Shown piece by piece: positions 50,348 through 62,310 of a DNA stretch of 64,000 nucleotides. The notes under the pieces are model-generated. The model saw nothing but the letters and a program-made list of their open reading frames with translations. It was not told the origin of the DNA and did no database searches. The first letter of the stretch is position 1. Every line of letters starts with the position of its first letter. The stretch lies in the NCBI GenBank assembly GCA_010015585.1, contig ML975153.1, one strand, 5' to 3'. The position numbers and the translations under genes were made by a program. The stretch comes from Eremomyces bilateralis CBS 781.70. Its lineage: Eukaryota.

Positions 50348-53300
50348 ATGACTCTGTGGGGAACTGGGGATAACGGGACGATGGTAGTGTGCATGTCAGC
50401 TGAGACGTTGCGGAGAGTTTGTGGCGGTTGATCTAGATTGGTTACATGAGTAGTTGTGCGATGTTTCGGGCACTCCGGATGGTCCCAGCTTTTAAAGCCT
50501 TATATTTGGACGTTCTATTGGTTTCTGACCATGCGGAGGCCTTATGGAAGAAGTCCCGAAGACGCAGGTAGTGAGGAGTCTTCGTGTAATGGATAGCATT
50601 GATAGTCCTATCAGATGAAGCAGGTTAGAACACATGATATCAATTGGCTATTCTCATTGTACTGATCTACTAGTATTCACAACACAGTTTGAATATCACG
50701 GTACTCGCCATGAGGATGCGTTACAGCTCCGTTGGAAAATCCCCGTGAATGCCGTTTTATGATAGTATATATAGTCTAATAGTCTGTTACCTGTTAAGTG
50801 CGATTTCGAGCATTCCCTCCCTTTATGAAAACGGCACGGACTCACCCCCCATGTTCCAGCCCTCCCAGGGGCCAGGGATGCTTGAAAGTTTGGATAGAAG
50901 CGATCTCCACAAACAAATTGGGACTATGTTTCTGATCCGATGTCTCATCTCCAGACTCGGTGAGACTCCAATGTTGAGTGAATTAAACCATCAGGTTCAA
51001 AATCACTGGTGATCATATTAGGCACTACTCAGAGCCAGTTAAAACAACACTAGGAAGCGAGGCTGGCGAGCCAATGTCATGAACGAATTGCGCCCAGCTG
51101 TATAGAGATTGGCATCACATGCAGATCGAAGAGGCGGAGTGACGGTTCGGCATGTTTTTACAAAGCTTGAAGTTTCGGAAGAATGGGTGTAGCTTGGTGT
51201 ACCCACCCAGTAAACAGAGAGTCTGGAGTAAATACGAATGTACCAATGAGGATCCTTCCAATGCGAGTATGCGACCCGTTTGATCCCGATCCCCGATTAG
51301 CACTTCGCTGCTACTACTATTCCCAGGACGAATCCAAACCATCCAGTTGAAAATCCGAAAGCAACCAAATTCGCTAGATACATAGTACCACGGCTCGCAG
51401 ATAGATCGGTGGCGATACACACCCTAAAGTCCCTGATGGAACTTGGAGGCGTGGGGTTGCGCAAGCCACAGCGAACAGTTCTAGAACTTGGACAATAGTT
51501 TTCCAACGATATTGCCCCTTCGGACATGATCGACACACAGTTGACAGTACTCTGCCAACACCTGGCACTCTTGAGGGTTCATGGTAGCAGTTTGAATCTA
51601 AGGCTTAATGCAGCTACGGAGAATAATAATGCATGTGAGTCGTGAGAGGTAGGACAGGTTTCGAGCCTACCCAAGACCCTTAGCTAATGGATAATAGAGG
51701 AGCTCCTAGGAAGATGGTCGGTTGTCTTTGTCCCATGATTACAGGAGGAGCAATATTACAGACGATCCGTGGTCCACTAGCATCTGATTGCGGCAGATCT
51801 TCCTGGCGCCACTGCATGGGTCCTAAGCACCCAAATTCGAAGGGACCAAACCCGAAGCATATGGTTGGTTTATCGCGCTAACGCGCAGGTCGACTGGTCA
51901 AGCGAGCGGATCAGCAGATGGACTCGGAGCGATCCGCAAGATTACGACTCCGTTACCGATTGCAACGTTTGGAGGGGGTTTTTTCGGAGCAGCGCAGTCC
52001 AAAGCACATGTCTCATGCCTGTCCCACGAAAACCTAACGGTCAACGGAGGGCGATACCTAGTCCTCCGTATTCATGGATTGTTCTCAGGATACACGATGA
52101 AGGATCCTCGGTAGGTAGACGCAGTAAACAGTGAAGTTGCAAGTTGTAAGTGTAACACAGGATATTATTGTGATTTATGACTTTATGAGAAATAATGAAG
52201 GAGAAGGGCAGGAGCGGGGGTCCAAGCGAAGAAGCTAAAGAAGCTGGGCGAGGATTGAGGAAGCAAGGTTTCGCCGATTCGGTAGATTTATTGACAGGAC
52301 AATTCACAGGGTGCGGTTGGGGCAGACACTAGGGGTGGGCCTCGTTTGAAGCTGACACAGATAAGTTACTGGTTACTAGGTTGTATGTAGTAGGTACACT
52401 GTAGGTGTAAACTCAAGAGAATGGAGACGGGAGAAAGTGGAGAAGGATGGTGATATGCCGATATCAGGGGTAATGGGAGAGGAAATATGCAGGATACAAA
52501 AAGATAATGCTTAGGAAAGGGGAACCCGGGCAGATCGGAAGGAATTGATAAGAGGGAATTAAAGGGATAGAATGATGGTTGGGTGATGGAGCGGATTCGG
52601 GATGGATTGCAACGTGTCTGATGAGAGCTCAGAGGAAGAAAGTGCAGTTAGAGTTCGAGCTCTCATGCATGTGTTGGCTGAGCTTATCCTTAAAATGGGA
52701 AAAGTCTAGCCTGGGCTTCCATGTCAGAGGGGTTGGTGCCTTGAAGCCTTACAGCCTGACACCCTACATTTGATGCCTGCTGAGCCATAGACCCCTGTCT
52801 CATCCCTGTCTCATCCCTGCATCGCCCTTCACTTTTGTTGCGACTTCGGTTCTTCGGTGGCTCGTTGAGACGCTGAACCCCCCAGATGCTGAACCCCAAG
52901 ACGCCGATAATGAAACTCAGATCGGGAAATTCGACTTTGCTCGCTGCCGTGCTGCTGTACCGAACGAGTCCAATCTCATCGACGTAATGGATATTCCATG
53001 TTCAAGGCTGGCTGTCTAGATCTCAATCTGCAATCTGCAATCTCCATGTTGCTAGGTGCTTTTAATACTGCCGTAGCGTTGTTGTGCCTGGCCCCTGGGC
53101 TCCGTACCTCCCCTAAGTCCCTAATTCTGCTGGGCGCTAGCCCACCACGCTACCACAGCGAAAAAAAAAAGACCAACCGTCGCCCCAATTTTGCCTAGCA
53201 AGTCTCAAGTTCAGTCTGTTCTCAACACAACCCACAACTCCCTCTCCCCCCCGGTTGACCGCCTCCAGGTCTCCAGGTGTCGAACAATTGCTCCATAGCG

Positions 53301-53623
53301 CAAAAGGCTCTTACAACTTAAAAGGCTCTCGTGTCCCCTTGTCGCTCGCGTTTCCTTTTTATTCCCCAGGTTAGCCCTTTGATACACTATCGTTTGCCCA
53401 TCCTTGGTCATCCAGCATACCTGGATCGGTGACCGTGGCCTTAAAAAGTTCGGTGTTGCCGTCGAAATTTCCCCAACCCCAAACCCCCCATCCATCCATC
53501 TCCATCTCTTCCCTCCGATTTCTCCACGAGGAATTTCTCTTCGAGGCGTTTGAAGCTTCGCATCGTCTATTCCGAGCTCCCTGCCACTTCACTCGAGCAA
53601 TTGGCTTCGTTCGACTTAACATC

Positions 53624-55167
53624 ATGGCCTCAACCACCGCCCGTCCTCGCCGCGCTGGCATCCGGAGGACCATCACCTCCGACTCCGCTCCATCGTCCTC
53701 GGCGCCCTCCGTGACCGTCTCACCGCTCGATTCACCGCTCCAGTCATCCTCTAGCACTTCGCTGTCGTCGCTTGGCTCGGTCGACGACGTTGAAGTCAAG
53801 GCTCCGGCCGCGCTGGTCGACACGTACGGAAACAAATTCGAGATCCCGGACTACACCATCAAGCAGATCCGGGACGCCATCCCGGCCCACTGCCTCGAAC
53901 GATCGGCCCTGCGAAGCTTGGGCTACGTCGCCCGTGATATCGCTGGGCTCGCCATCACCTTCTATGTCTTCCACAACTATGCCACCCCAGAACTCGTCCC
54001 GTCCACCGCCCTTCGAGGCGCTCTCTGGGCCGGCTATACGGTCATCCAAGGCCTGTTCGGCACCGGACTCTGGGTCCTGGCCCACGAGTGCGGCCACCAG
54101 TCTTTCTCCACCTCGAAAATCTTGAACGATACGGTTGGTTGGATCCTGCACTCTTGGCTTCTCGTGCCGTACTTCTCGTGGAAACTCTCCCATAGCAAGC
54201 ACCACAAGGCCACCGGTCATATGGATCGCGACATGGTCTTCGTTCCCCGGACTCGCGAAGACCAGGCCACGAGGATGGGCAAGATGGTCCATGAGCTGAG
54301 CGAGCTGATGGAGGAGACTCCGATCTACTCGGCGCTCATGTTGTTCGGTCAGCAAATCGGAGGCTTTCCTTTGTACCTGCTCGCCAATGCAACGGGCCAC
54401 AATTACCACGAGGGACAGGTCGAAGGCAAGGGCAAGGGAATGAAGAACGGTTTTTTGAACGGCGTGAACCATTACCTGCCATCGAGCCCGTTGTACGAGC
54501 GCAAGGACGAGCACCTCATCTTGTTGAGCGATCTTGGGCTTGGCATCGTTCTGTCGATTGTCTTCTTCCTTGGGAAAAGGTTTGGCTGGTTTAACATTTT
54601 TGTCTGGTATATCGTCCCCTATCTCTGGGTCAACCACTGGCTTGGTAAGTCTCCTTAATCTTTCCCGGTGCTAGCAGAAACTGACCACTCCCAGTCGCCA
54701 TCACCTACCTACAGCATACCGACCCCTCGCTTCCTCACTATGACGCCACCACGTGGACTTTCACTCGCGGCGCTGCCGCCACCATCGATCGTGATTTCGG
54801 CTTCATCGGACGACACATCTTCCACGGCATCATCGAAACCCACGTCCTGCACCACTACGTCAGCCTCATCCCGTTCTACAACGCCGACGAGGCCAGCGAG
54901 GCCATCAAAAAGGTCATGGGTAAGCATTACCGCAGCGACACTAAGCACGGGATGTTCGGTTTCCTGTACGCCATGTGGAAGAGCACCCGCTGGTGCCAGT
55001 GGGTCGAGCCCAACGCCGACGCTGAGGGCGAGGGCAAGGGCGTCATGTTCTTCCGGAACGTGAACGGCCACGGCGTGCGGCCGACGAAGCTGGCCCCGTC
55101 GGGCGAGACGGCACTGAAGCGACCGACGTTGGTCGTGGGATCCGAGAGCGATCATGAAGCGTCATGA
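53624..55167 (+). CDS. odeA: Oleate delta-12 fatty acid desaturase (intron 54645-54694)
   Basis: His boxes HECGH, HSKHH and HVLHH; PDYTIKQIRDAIPAHC; WLVAITYLQHTDP across the intron. Confidence 0.92.
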
Positions 55168-57080
55168 CCCGTGACGCCCCGCCGTCCATGATCCGGGAAG
55201 AGAATGCGCACTTGCATTTCTTGTCGTTCGTTGACTATCTGATGGGCCTATTTCGCGTCTTGCATTGTTCCGGCGTTTTGCCTTTTGTGTCTAATTGCGA
55301 CTCCCGTCCATCTCTTTGGAGACGATTTTGCCATTGTCTGAAGAGCGATTCCGTTCGTTTTCATGATCGGTACTTGACCGGACGTTCGGATGGTCGTGAG
55401 GCTGGACATCACTTCCGACCACGACACGCAACCGCATTGATAGACGGGGAAAGATTTTTGGAGAGTTTATAGGAGAAGATGGCATTTCGAGGTCATCGAT
55501 AGTGAATGGAGACACATCGACGTCCATGAATTGCGTCGCCTGATTTCAAATATGGCATGATATGCTAGACATAGACATGGAAAATCGAAAATCGAATCAA
55601 CCCAGGAAAGCAATCTGAGTGAAGTCGGTTTCTTAATAAGAATATGAACAGAATGGCAACGAGAGCATGTAGAGTGTGACCTGGGGGAGGGGGAATAGAC
55701 ACAGGTTCCCATCATTCGAGCGGGGGGCGGCGGATATTCCTGCACCCGGCATCTAATCCATCATCACACCGCTGATCAGGGGAGGCTTTGCTGTCGAAAA
55801 TCCACCCCTCCGCGTATCTTCTTTTGAATTAGTATTTCCAACTTCAATGTCGACGTTAAATGCACCTATTTATCGACTTTTTGAACAATCCCTCAGTGAA
55901 CAGGTTGGCTATTCGGGGCAGTGGAGACACACATGCTCTATGAAAGAGTCGTATATTCGATTTCACTATGAAATGACAACCTGCTTTGTTCACAATACCA
56001 TCGATTATACCGTACTTAACTTACCGGACGAAACATGATCCAGGTCATAGAAATATATGTCAGACAGATCTAGATCCGTTCATCACGATGGAGCAACCTT
56101 CCTAGGCTGTCCACCTTGTCAATAGACAATCAATCCCTGTTTCGAGACTTCACCGCCTTGAGCGGCACGTCCTAGCAGAGATTCGGGGTTGGATGATATC
56201 CTTCATTCTTTTCAGTTCTATCTAATGTCAAATGGGATTGCGGGTTATTCAACATTGTTCCCTACGTTCAACATCTCAAATGCACAGTTGAAGGTTTTGC
56301 AGGGGTATTGGCTTGCTCGTTTCTTGATTTGCCGTCTGGGTCTTTGGATATTCCGATACTGTTCAAGTCCGGTGCCCGGTCGACAGATGGTCGACTTGAT
56401 TCTAGCCGATGCAAAAGAGCATTTAAATGTCCAAATCATAAGTCATTCTCTCCGGATAGCAAGCGAGACCTAGAACAAGGGCCTGGGTCGCGAGCCCGCC
56501 TCTAGGAACAATCCTCTTCGATGCACCCGCATAACCACAGGGTCCGAAATTGGTTATGGGTGCCTAGCATTGAAGAAAGCAGGCATGAACATATCACCGA
56601 TTTTTCCTTTGCTGGCCTACTTGTGAACAGATAGCATATCAAATGATGTTATATCTTCTGGCATAGATGTTGATCTAGATTGCCCCGGCCGAAATCCGCA
56701 CATACCGAAGGCCACTACTAAAGCGGCACCAACGGCAGTGGCCACTGTCGATATGGTGGAGATGCTGATGCACCTCGAGCTCATACAGTTCTGACAGTGG
56801 CACAGACATGCATCGTCATCCAATGCTTCGGCGAGGCTCTCATATACGGTTTCAATGAGTGCTCAGTCACTACTTAAAGCCGTGCCTGTCCAGCTCTAAG
56901 GACTTTTCACTGGCGATAAGGCATCAGTGTATCTCTCATCATTCGCGGATGCAGTTGAGAACATTCATCATACCCCTATCAGGCGAGTAAAGACAAAGGC
57001 TCTCTGTCCTGTTTGCCGAAGACACAACCAATCAAGCCCCCAGTCAAAGTCAGGTTTCAATGATAGGCCTTCCTCCAACT

Positions 57081-59273
57081 TCACCCCTTCTTGACCCTGG
57101 CAACGACGTTCTTGTCCGCTTGAATCTTGGGGATTTTGGCTTCTCGCGCTTGCTGCGCTCGATTCAGGAACTCTCGATTGGCTTTGATGGATGGAACTTC
57201 TTTCGTCTGCGAACCTTGCGACCCTGACGCCGGCTGTTTCGTTGTCGTGGTCTGTTTCTCAGGTGCGGGCGCCGAACGTCTTGAGGTAGGAGCTTGTGGA
57301 GTTGACCGAACCTTGTTGGACTGAGCCGGAAGCCTGCCCATTGGCCTTTTGGACTGCTCGTTTTTGGCACCAGTGGACGGGGTGCTCAGCTTAGGTACCG
57401 ACTTAGTGCTGGATGCTCCAGCGGATACATTTCCTCGTGCACCGGTTCTCATGTCGTTCGGTTGAGGTGCTCGGGGATGGGTGGGTATCCGTGGAGGGAC
57501 GCTACTCACTGCGCTAGCCGGGCCCATTGGAAATACGCCTAGAGGGCCTGGCTGCGATGAGACATCGCTAGCAGATACGGTGGACGGTGCTCGAGACTTC
57601 TTGGCGGCCAGAAAAGAGACGGGCCTCGACTTCGAAGCAGTTGACATGGATTGCGTTCCCGGAAGAGACGTGCCTTTTGCCGGTGCAGTTCCCGCGTGTA
57701 TAGTATAGCCTGTTCGACGAATCTGTGGCTTGCCTTTCTGGGATAACGCGGGAGCACTGGCAGTCACTGGTGTCGGCCTCAGCACTGGGGTAGATGCAGC
57801 CTTCAATGGTGGAGGCGCTCCTCTTGGTTTTGGCATCAGCCCGGGAACGTTTGGGATCGACTGTTGCATCTTATCCAGGTTGTCCTTCGTCAGTTCCAGC
57901 TGCTCCTTCTTCCCCGTGGGCTTGCCGTGAGCAGCTGTGATGGCTCTTAGCATTTGTTCAAGCTCGACTGAGCCGCCGAGTGCTTTAAGGTCGGTTGCAT
58001 CCTTGAGGCCTGGTTGTTGCATCGTCTCTACCAGCGCTTTGAGGTCGATCAAGTCTTTCTCAGACCCTCCATAAAACATGAACAAGACCACTAAAAATGC
58101 AGTCAAAGGCGCGAATATCGATAGAAATTCTTCCATGTTTCCTGTTTTCACCTCCGCCTCGATAAATTTTGCCGGTTGCCGAACGATCTTGCTTCCTTGC
58201 TTCTTCTGTTCGATCAACCAGTTGTGATCAGTTGGAAACTGGTTGAACTTTTGGAAATGTTCAAGGAGATAGTCTTTCTCTCGCCATCGGTTCCGTAACC
58301 AGATATCGAACGCCGTCGAATCATCAACAGGGATGGTGGTGATTCGAAAGCGTCTCCAGTACATGTTCACACTCTTCGGCGGTCGTCCTTCCAACAATGA
58401 ACCGCGAAGGGTGTATATGTCTTGGCCGTACTGGCCTTCGGGCACGCCTTCGTAGGCTATTGTGCAGTCATATAGCCATTCGGTTGACTTGCGCAAGTTT
58501 TGAACGCAGAACCTCAACCCGGTGCTCCTCGGGAGGAGCTGGTGTTTCATGTCTTGAATACCATTCTTACTTGCCCATTGCTTGCTGCGCTCCCTCGTCA
58601 TGGCTGAGAGGTTGGTCCCCTCAGGGAAGATCACGAGCCACATCGGGACTTCCGGCTTGTTCAGAGGCATGAGCTGCTCTTTGAACCGGTCTTTATCATC
58701 CGCCCATTTCCGTGAGAGGAAGATGAAATTGTAAAATTGCATTCCCCATCCGATTATAGGAACGTTCTTCAACGATTCTTTCAGGATGATATAGATGTGG
58801 CCGTGCATCTTGTTCGTGTACGCTATCCACCAGAGATAGAGCCAGTCAGTGTATAACTGGTGGTTGGACATCATCACCAGTCGCTCAGGAAACTTGCATT
58901 GCAAGCTCCCATCATCTCTTCGGAGGAGTTGACTAGGCATACTGTTGTCGCCGCTCACCCGAACCACGGTGGGACTCCACCACTGGGTCATTGTCGTCGC
59001 AAGCACACCAAACGACTGCTTCGTGAACGCCATGTAGGAGTTGTAAAACTCCGGATCGACTGATTTAAATGGTGCACCGATAAACTGTGAAGCGCTGATA
59101 GCGAGAATCCCCGAGCAGAAGGTTGATGCCGCCGTGAAGGCGCGCTCAACCTGTCCTGCTTGTCCATGTGGAGTCCGTCCAGATGGATGAGGCTCAACAT
59201 TTGGTTTTTTGAAGTTCAAGCCGGCATCCTCTGGTGTTGAGGGGGTAGGTTTTGGTTTTGGTTTCGGCGGCAT
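57081..59273 (-). CDS. PlsC-type lysophospholipid acyltransferase (Cst26/LCLAT-like) with long low-complexity C-terminal tail, intronless
   Basis: NHQLYTDW (HX4D), FIFLSRKW, IFPEGTN, LLPRSTGL, LYDCTIAY, then a TM helix and about 300 aa rich in P/S/K/A. Confidence 0.9.
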   Translation of the reverse strand: MPPKPKPKPTPSTPEDAGLNFKKPNVEPHPSGRTPHGQAGQVERAFTAASTFCSGILAISASQFIGAPFKSVDPEFYNSYMAFTKQSFGVLATTMTQWWSPTVVRVSGDNSMPSQLLRRDDGSLQCKFPERLVMMSNHQLYTDWLYLWWIAYTNKMHGHIYIILKESLKNVPIIGWGMQFYNFIFLSRKWADDKDRFKEQLMPLNKPEVPMWLVIFPEGTNLSAMTRERSKQWASKNGIQDMKHQLLPRSTGLRFCVQNLRKSTEWLYDCTIAYEGVPEGQYGQDIYTLRGSLLEGRPPKSVNMYWRRFRITTIPVDDSTAFDIWLRNRWREKDYLLEHFQKFNQFPTDHNWLIEQKKQGSKIVRQPAKFIEAEVKTGNMEEFLSIFAPLTAFLVVLFMFYGGSEKDLIDLKALVETMQQPGLKDATDLKALGGSVELEQMLRAITAAHGKPTGKKEQLELTKDNLDKMQQSIPNVPGLMPKPRGAPPPLKAASTPVLRPTPVTASAPALSQKGKPQIRRTGYTIHAGTAPAKGTSLPGTQSMSTASKSRPVSFLAAKKSRAPSTVSASDVSSQPGPLGVFPMGPASAVSSVPPRIPTHPRAPQPNDMRTGARGNVSAGASSTKSVPKLSTPSTGAKNEQSKRPMGRLPAQSNKVRSTPQAPTSRRSAPAPEKQTTTTKQPASGSQGSQTKEVPSIKANREFLNRAQQAREAKIPKIQADKNVVARVKKG

Positions 59274-59939
59274 TGCTGGCACGGCGCTCTTCTTCCCGTA
59301 TAGTTGAACAATCTGAAGCCCTGATGTCGAGTGGCGTGGAAGGAGTGCAGTTCAGAGTCAAAAAGTAACACCGACGATATTGTTTCACCACTACTATTCA
59401 CAATTCTGCTAATATTGGTGATCTGATGGAGGAAGCAGGTGATTGAAATGTTTGCCCCCCCGTTCCAAAATGCGACTGCCAGAATCCTAGTGATGACATC
59501 GTCAAGCTCCAGATCGCGATGGATTCAGCCACCCCACGCCAGATCTACAGTCACTTCTTCCTGATCAAGATATTTGCGGCCCAGCCTTCGTGAGAGCGGA
59601 GCAAGTCAAGCCACAAGGGTCTGACAGGATCTGATGGAGTGGACCAATCACCAATCAGATCGTCCAACGTCTGGCATCGTCCAACTACGTCATTGCAGTC
59701 CGCAAGAACTGGAATTCTATACTGGAAAGGAGGAGACAGGTGGGATAGTGGGAGAGTTGAGAGGCTCGACGGTAGAAGGAAGGCACAAAAACTTTCCTTT
59801 CCCCTCTGAGGATTCTTTTGATAATCGGAATTTGAACAATCCCATCTTTCTGCCATCCACCTTCCGGGTCCATATTGACTGGACAGTCTATATAGTTCAT
59901 CTCATATCTAACCAACATCCACCACCTTGGAATTTGAAC

Positions 59940-60469
59940 ATGTCGACAGCATCCATGAAGGCGCCGCCCACGAGTGCACGAGGAAAGGCCACCAAAATCC
60001 CCAATACTACCCCCAGGAGTGTACCCAATGGAGCTCCATCAGCCCCTCAAGTCTCCGCTTACGGAATCATGGCGAGCCGTCTTGCGAATAGAGTCGCCGA
60101 GATAGCCGAAAACATGACTTTCGTAGAAAAGCCAAGGCATGTGCCCATGAGATAGCCTCTGAAGGTACAAGTTAACAGTTGTATAGCGCCCCTCCGCAAT
60201 CCCTCCCGGCCCCGGAGAAGAAACGACCACGAAAGTTGGAGATTCGACTTCAGAACACCGGACCGGATGGCGTTTCATTTTCAGCGCCTTTCCTCGACAA
60301 TACTCTCAAAAAGATGCTGTCACTGCAAGAGAATATGTTGAAGCTGGGTGCTGAGCTGGCCAGTGAAGATGTACCGGAAAGCATCAGGAAAGACCAATTT
60401 CAACAGGCCTCAGAGATGAGCAGAATTATAGCCCTGATCTGTGCAGAGAAGGCTAGGCAAGGTGCTTGA
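59940..60469 (+). CDS. Hypothetical orphan protein of about 160 aa with a putative GC-AG intron 60137-60186
   Basis: MSTASMKAPP... joins in frame to SAPPQSLPAPEKKRPRK... via AG|gcatgt...gttaac...tatag. Basic NLS-like KKRPRK and a helical C-terminus. Confidence 0.5.
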
Positions 60470-61214
60470 TAGCACTTACTCATGGAAATATTGGGGGGAA
60501 AAAATGGTACAAAGACTGGAAACGTTGAGATGTACGATATCTGTATCTGGATTGATTTTTGGGACGGTATGATCATCGGATGATGAAGGTACCTCGTTAG
60601 GTGGTGATTCTTTAGTGTTTGACTTATCAGAATGGGATGGAATCAAAGCAAATGAACAGAGGAAGACACTTTGTCTATGTCAAGTTATTGTGGCATGGTG
60701 ATGCACCAACTGCATGGTATTCGTCGCCACCATATCAGTCCTTCGGGAACATATGCGCACAGTCAGAGCCGCCTTCTTGCTTGATAGATATTTCTATCAT
60801 AGGATTATATTCTGGGGGAATCCTCCAGACTCGTATCGGATGGTCTGGAACGACCCCGAAACCTCGTGCTGTTCTACATAATCCAGTAATTATACAGGAA
60901 GGGTGTGAACCTGGTTCTCTCGGGTCGGATTGACTCGATACCCAGGAGCACCCCCATTCCCCTTCACCAAAAAAAAAGCTTTCTCATCATTTTACCATCC
61001 GCAAACCATCCTGAGCGTGAGCATATCCACCCACCTCCAAAAAGCATTGTTTCCTCTTTTTTCTAGGTTTCCTCGCCCAAAACCAAATAAGGAACCATCA
61101 ACATTCCCCTGTTGTAGTGTGAAGTGGAATAGAAGGATCATCCAGCATTCCAAGACACGGGTTTCGGTCCATCGGTCCTCGAACATGAGTCAACAGCCCA
61201 AAGAATTGCCGCTT

Positions 61215-62310
61215 TCAAGAAGAACCGCCGCAACCGTTGGTAAAGGGCTGCTTGCCCATTTTTCCGGATTGAATTCGCTGCTCAATTCTACAGTTGTAGT
61301 CTAGAAGGCAGATCTCCTCGAACGAAAAGTTGATCAATAACGGCAGCATTGACACGCACTCGAAGGTTTGACTACCTTTGGCTACCGGGGATTTCCAGTG
61401 ATCCGGGCTGAAGTGGCTCCAGACAAGCATGCCGTTCGATAACAGATGGCAGGGGACATAGTCATAATTGAGACTCTTTACATCATCCCAGGACATCGAG
61501 GCGCCCCATTGTTTCTTGAAAGAAGTAGGGAGGGTCTGGGGAACAGAGTGGTTGGCGAGGACCGTGGAAGCGGATGAACGAGACAATGGGTCCACCGAAG
61601 GGCTTGTATGCCCAATAGGAGGGGATGGCCGAGAAACATCAGCCATGGTCGAGGCTGAATTCCGTGGTTGGAATTGTCTGGGGTTTAAATTACCTTCACG
61701 GGTATAGGGAACTGAAGTTGATCGGGGAGGAGGCAAGGGGACGGGTGAGGGCGGTATCATGGTATCGGGTCCTCTTCCGGAGGAGCTAGGAGGATCCGGA
61801 TGATGCTCGCCGGGCTTTTGATGGCTTGAGAGAACTGTATGGACGTTCCTAGCCCGAGTTCCATTCACGAGCTGTGTTGCGGGATGACCAGGAGTAGCCG
61901 CCGACGCCGTGGACTGCGTTCCAACTGTTTCTTCCATATCAAAGGCTGACATTTGGTAAGGGGAACTTCGATCGTTTCTAATGGACGAGAATTGACCAGA
62001 ATTGGCGACGAGAACGCGACTGCAGCCAATTGGTGTTGCGTCGAGGCTATCTCAAGGCGTTTGAGCGCTTCGACGATGACATGGTGAGAAGCCGCCCAAC
62101 GAAGTAGCTCTCTGATCTCGTCCGGCTCAAAACAGGCAATGAGATGATCCATAACATTGGTATATCTCTCGTTTTGCACGATGATCACATCTGAGATATA
62201 TCCTTCGGGTGCGGGAACTTCCTTGATTGAGATACCGCCAGCGCTTTGTGCAAACCTCCAACAGGTTAGTGGATGTTTAGACAGTGCTGTACACTTCGCC
62301 TCCTGCCCTG
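61215..62310 (-). CDS. Hypothetical or possibly disrupted gene with a C-terminal GLEBS-like motif; exon structure unresolved
   Basis: Two overlapping out-of-frame ORFs (61865-62188, open further upstream, and 61215-61952). The latter ends in FECVSMLPLLINFSFEEICLLDY. Confidence 0.4.

Noticed and set aside
53744..54637. Long antisense or alternate-frame ORFs over real genes (also 2844-3896, 41063-41890, 16964-17713, 49675-50394)
   Set aside because: Shadow ORFs expected from GC-rich codon bias of the opposite-strand gene; no recognisable motifs.
1867..55167. Stop-codon readthrough to cryptic peroxisomal signals
   Set aside because: The stop contexts I inspected (ABC1 kinase, BCAT, monooxygenase, desaturase) are not TGA-CTA.
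56230..56823. Small minus-strand ORFs (Cys-rich plus hydrophobic stretch) between the desaturase and acyltransferase
   Set aside because: Could not build a consistent start and splice model; no recognisable homology.
30107..59273. Apparent lipid-metabolism cluster (NEM1, RTA1, desaturase, acyltransferase)
   Set aside because: The genes are interspersed with unrelated housekeeping genes and I see no shared regulatory motif; most likely coincidental.
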